Positions 60,464 through 64,000 of a stretch of 64,000 nt of DNA are shown one piece after another. Each line of letters starts with the position of its first letter. Position 1 is the first letter of the stretch. The notes beneath the pieces are model-generated. The model saw nothing but the letters and a program-made list of their open reading frames with translations, was not told where the DNA came from and made no database searches. The position numbers and the translations under genes were made by a program. This DNA comes from Dictyostelium discoideum (lineage: Eukaryota). The DNA is taken from positions 3,680,001 to 3,744,000 of the forward strand of contig CM000154.2 in NCBI GenBank assembly GCA_000004695.1, given 5' to 3'.

Positions 60464-61633
60464 TTATAAGAATAATACAAATAAAACTAATGATAAGATT
60501 AAACCAAAAGAGAAAATTGTTGAAGTTGCTGAATTATCAACTGAAGCACCAATACTTGGATCCCATAAGAGAGTGTTTGGTCTAACGGCATCAAAAGAGT
60601 GGACTAAGAATTTACTGAAAACTTTACCACTTAAAGCACCATTAACAGAGGCAGAACCAAATACTTTACCATCGGCATCACTGGCGGTGGTATTAGCAAT
60701 GATATTTACAGTTTTAACATCTGAACTACCATCGACTTTAACTTGAGCATTTGAAACCCAAGAGAAACCAGCATTTAATGGGGTACCATCAACATTGATT
60801 TCACCATCACCATTGAGAGAGAAATCTAAACCGACGGTGGCATAGAATGAAGTGAGGGCTAATCTTGAATTTGGGTTTGATGATGGACCAGTTGAGATAC
60901 AACCAGCAGTGATGACATTGCCATTGATTGCACAATCTTTAACATTGTTTGAACCATAGTAACCATTGATTAAAATATCGACTTTAGATTGCTCAGCTGA
61001 TAATCTGCTATCGGCCAAATCGATTGGTGCACCTGATACGTAGAATACCATTTGGAATAAGTTTGCATATTTTGAGCCGGAACTTGTTAAGTTGACTTGA
61101 TAAACTGTGAAATCTTTACCATCAACTTCCAATTGAGTGGTTTCTTTGGAGAGGGTGTATGGTAAAATAGCAAGATTGACATAACCTAATAAATCGTCTT
61201 GACCATATTGGAAACCTTCTTGATTATTGGTCTCCTCATATTCAACGATAAAAGTTGGCATGAAAATTGATGAAAGTGAAGTAGCATTAACATTTATTCC
61301 TTGATTTGTGTCAGCTTTGAAATCAAAGTAATTGAAAAAGTAAGTTGGGAAAACTTTAACGAGACCTCTGATTGTATCAAGTTTAAAGATTGATGTATCA
61401 ACTGAAACACTACCACCCTTTCCACCATTTAAAATAGTTCCACCAACTGAAACACCTGTTAATGTAAATGATGGTGAAAGTATATTACTATCAGTATAAA
61501 CATATGAACGGATTACATCTCCATCCAATGATACTGATGCTGCACCACTTAAACCAACAGTACTTTGAGAGTTTACAAAAGCACTAATGCAAACTAATAA
61601 AAATACAGTTAAAATGAAATTTTTAATCATCAT
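60464..61633 (-). CDS. Secreted, probably GPI-anchored surface protein, paralog B, single exon, 389 aa
   Basis: Signal peptide MMIKNFILTVFLLVCISAFVNSQ. Shared blocks IFMPTFIVEYEETNNQEGFQYGQDDLLGYVNLA and GCISTGPSSNPNSRLALTSFYATV. It is Gly/Ser/Asn/Val-rich with a C-terminal hydrophobic tail FSFGLILSLVLFVLFL. Confidence 0.6.
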   Translation of the reverse strand: MMIKNFILTVFLLVCISAFVNSQSTVGLSGAASVSLDGDVIRSYVYTDSNILSPSFTLTGVSVGGTILNGGKGGSVSVDTSIFKLDTIRGLVKVFPTYFFNYFDFKADTNQGINVNATSLSSIFMPTFIVEYEETNNQEGFQYGQDDLLGYVNLAILPYTLSKETTQLEVDGKDFTVYQVNLTSSGSKYANLFQMVFYVSGAPIDLADSRLSAEQSKVDILINGYYGSNNVKDCAINGNVITAGCISTGPSSNPNSRLALTSFYATVGLDFSLNGDGEINVDGTPLNAGFSWVSNAQVKVDGSSDVKTVNIIANTTASDADGKVFGSASVNGALSGKVFSKFLVHSFDAVRPNTLLWDPSIGASVDNSATSTIFSFGLILSLVLFVLFL

Positions 61634-62379
61634 TTTTTTTTTTTTTTTTTTAATTAAATAAATAAATTGTTTAGATAATAATATTGGAAGAAAAAAATAA
61701 AAAAAAAAAAAAGCGTTAAATAGTTTTTGATTTGTTTTAAAAAAAAAAAAAAAAAATATAAAAAATTAAAAAAAAAAAATAAAAATAAATATCTTAAAAA
61801 ATTAATTTAAAAATAAAATAAAATAAAAAAAAAAAAAAGTAAATGTACCGAGGATTTTTTCAAATAAACAATGTTTTCATTAAAAATTTTTGACCATATT
61901 TTAATCATTTTTGTAATTAACCTTTTTTTTTTTTAATCACAACCCAAAGAGAGGTTGGGAAAATATTCATCATTAAAACCTTTTTTTAATTAAAAATAAA
62001 AATAAAAAAAAAAAATAAAATAAAAAATAAAAAATTGAAATCTTAACCCACCCAAAATTAAAGAGTTATATCAAATTTTTCTAATAAGCAATGTAATCAA
62101 AAAAATAAAAAAAAATAAAAAAAAATTAAATTAAATTAAAAAATAAAATAAAAAATAATAATTATTATAAATAAATAATAAGTTCAATGTGATCAACTAA
62201 TACCAATTTGTGTTCAAAAAAACGTCATATATTTTATTTGAACATTGTTTTAATCATTTTTTTTTTTTTTTTTTTTTTTTTTTGAATCCTCTAGAAATAG
62301 AAAAAAAAAAAAAAAAACATCATCAAATGGCGATTAACTGCCAATTTTTTAAATTAAAAGGTTAATTAAAAATGCGACC

Positions 62380-62411
<32 letters not shown>

Positions 62412-62662
62412 CTCTTTTATTATAAAATAATTTTCTTTTATATTATTTTATAATTTTTATTTTTATTTTTTTTATTTATTTATTATATACACATGAAAAC
62501 TATAGTAATTTAATAAAATTCTCTATTCAATGAATGATTTTTATTTTTATTTTTTAGTTTTTTTTTTTTTAGTTTTTTATTTTTTATTTTTTTTTATGAT
62601 ATTGCAACTTTATTTTATTATTTATTTATTATTTATTATTTTATTTTTATTAAACATTTTTA

Positions 62663-63534
62663 TTATTTAAGACCAAAACCTTCATAATGAGTTAAAGCTT
62701 TAGTTAAGAGATCTCTTAGTTTTTCAAATTCTGGATATGCTGGTAAAATTAAGGTATTGAAACATGTATGTGCTGATGGTAATCTATCACTATCGGCAGT
62801 TTTTGTGATTGTAAAACTCATTTTCTCTAAACCACCATAAGGCACTCTATCACCACCTGTTACAAAAGTTAAAAATCTCCTTTTATCTTCGTCTGATAAA
62901 CCATGTAAAACCTTCCAAAAATTTCTGAAAATAAATAAAATATTTTAAAATTTATTGTTAGTATTATAAAAAAAAAAAAAAAAAAAAAAAAATACTATTA
63001 TTATAAATTATAAATTATATTACTTACTTTATAGTTGTATCATCTTGAGTATAACCACCTTCATAATTTGTACCACGTTCTAATTCAATGAAATTTAAAT
63101 CTTCAACACCACAAACCAAATTACCCAATTCTTCGGGTTTTAAAATCTTTAAAATTGGTGAATCACAAACCATTCTGAAACCTTTAAAAAATGGAGCAAA
63201 TTGTTTACTAATTGATTTATTTAACAAGTAATCTTTGTAGAGGTCTAAATATTCATTTCTATTTTCATTGGTGACTTGAATATCATCACCACCTTGTTTA
63301 AGATTGTGAACTTTGGTTTGACCATATATACTCTCATAGGTTGCACAAAAATACAATGACCAATCACTAACATCCTCTTCTGTTGTTTTTATCTTTATAA
63401 AACTTTGATAAACCTCTGGATCCAATGATTCTATATCTTCCATTGTTAAATCTAAATTTAATAATTTTTTAAAAATAACTAAAGGAAAATGTACATCTAA
63501 AATAATATTATTATAAAGTGCTAAACCTATAATC

Positions 63535-63607
<73 letters not shown>

Positions 63608-64000
63608 AAATTAATATTAATATACATATTATAATAATAATAATAAATATTTTTTTATTATTATTAATGATTACTTACAATACCAATTAATTCAAATTCT
63701 GTATAATCAACAGAATCAGGATTAAACCAAAAACAATTTGTGGTTGTATTATATTTAAACATTCCATATTCAGGATCAAATATTTTTCTAACGATTAATT
63801 GAAAGAATTCTCTTTTTACACCACCTTCATCAATACCTTCTTCACCCATGAAATGAACCTTTAGTTCTTTTCTAAGTTCACTCTTTCTATTCTCCTCTCT
63901 TAATGTTTGAACTTTATCCAATGTATCATCTATAAGATGTTCTCTTCTAATTTTAAAAATTAAAAAATCGGCTGCTGATGTTATACCCATTTGACCAAAT
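62663..64000 (-). CDS. HECT-domain E3 ubiquitin ligase, 3' part (C-terminal HECT domain), at least 3 exons; 5' end lies beyond the window
   Basis: Exons complement 63679..>64000, 63028..63533 and 62663..62924; both donors are gtaagt. HECT motifs: FMGEEGIDEGGVKREFF (N-lobe), the NFWKVLHGLSDEDKRRFLTFVTGGDRVPYGG segment, and the catalytic-Cys region LPSAHTCFNTLILPAYPEFEKLRDLLTKALTHYEGFGLK-stop. Intron 1 contains (AAT)21 at 63538-63601. Confidence 0.85.

Overview
The window reads as nuclear DNA of a dictyostelid social amoeba, most consistent with Dictyostelium discoideum. The basis is about 75-80% AT, very long A/T homopolymers between genes, (AAT)n/(CAA)n coding repeats giving poly-N/poly-Q proteins, short AT-rich GT..AG introns, FNIP repeats, and a tRNA-associated non-LTR retroelement. 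It is therefore not a prokaryotic accessory island, and no CRISPR array, operon or defence system is present.

I could reconstruct about 27 protein-coding genes by hand-splicing the ORF track.
- 1-17 kb: a frameshifted FNIP-repeat gene 3' end; bifunctional GARS-AIRS (purD); an F-box/LRR gene and an F-box/WD40 gene on a divergent promoter; prohibitin; and a tRNA-Arg(UCU) with a downstream external B box followed by a gap-containing TRE-like non-LTR retroelement.
- 16-27 kb: an S28 serine carboxypeptidase; a tandem triplet of novel 3-exon two-TM-helix genes; a secreted Cys-rich protein; and rps17 with an ATG-only first exon.
- 27-34 kb: a single-module NRPS-like A-T-R enzyme; mitochondrial ribosomal protein L30; and an MFS transporter.
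- 37-46 kb: the N-myristoylated AGC kinase PKBR1 (pkgB); myo-inositol oxygenase; and Tom1 (VHS-GAT).
- 46-58 kb: four same-strand bZIP transcription-factor paralogs.
- 58-64 kb: two paralogous secreted, likely GPI-anchored proteins and the 3' part of a HECT E3 ligase.

The most interesting items are the NRPS-like reductase-terminated enzyme sitting beside an MFS transporter, the four-gene bZIP array, the tRNA/retroelement locus, the tandem 185-bp hairpin repeat, and the triplicated two-TM family. There are five 100-N assembly gaps, all in repeat-rich spots. All coordinates are derived by hand from the printed sequence and may be off by a few bases at splice sites.
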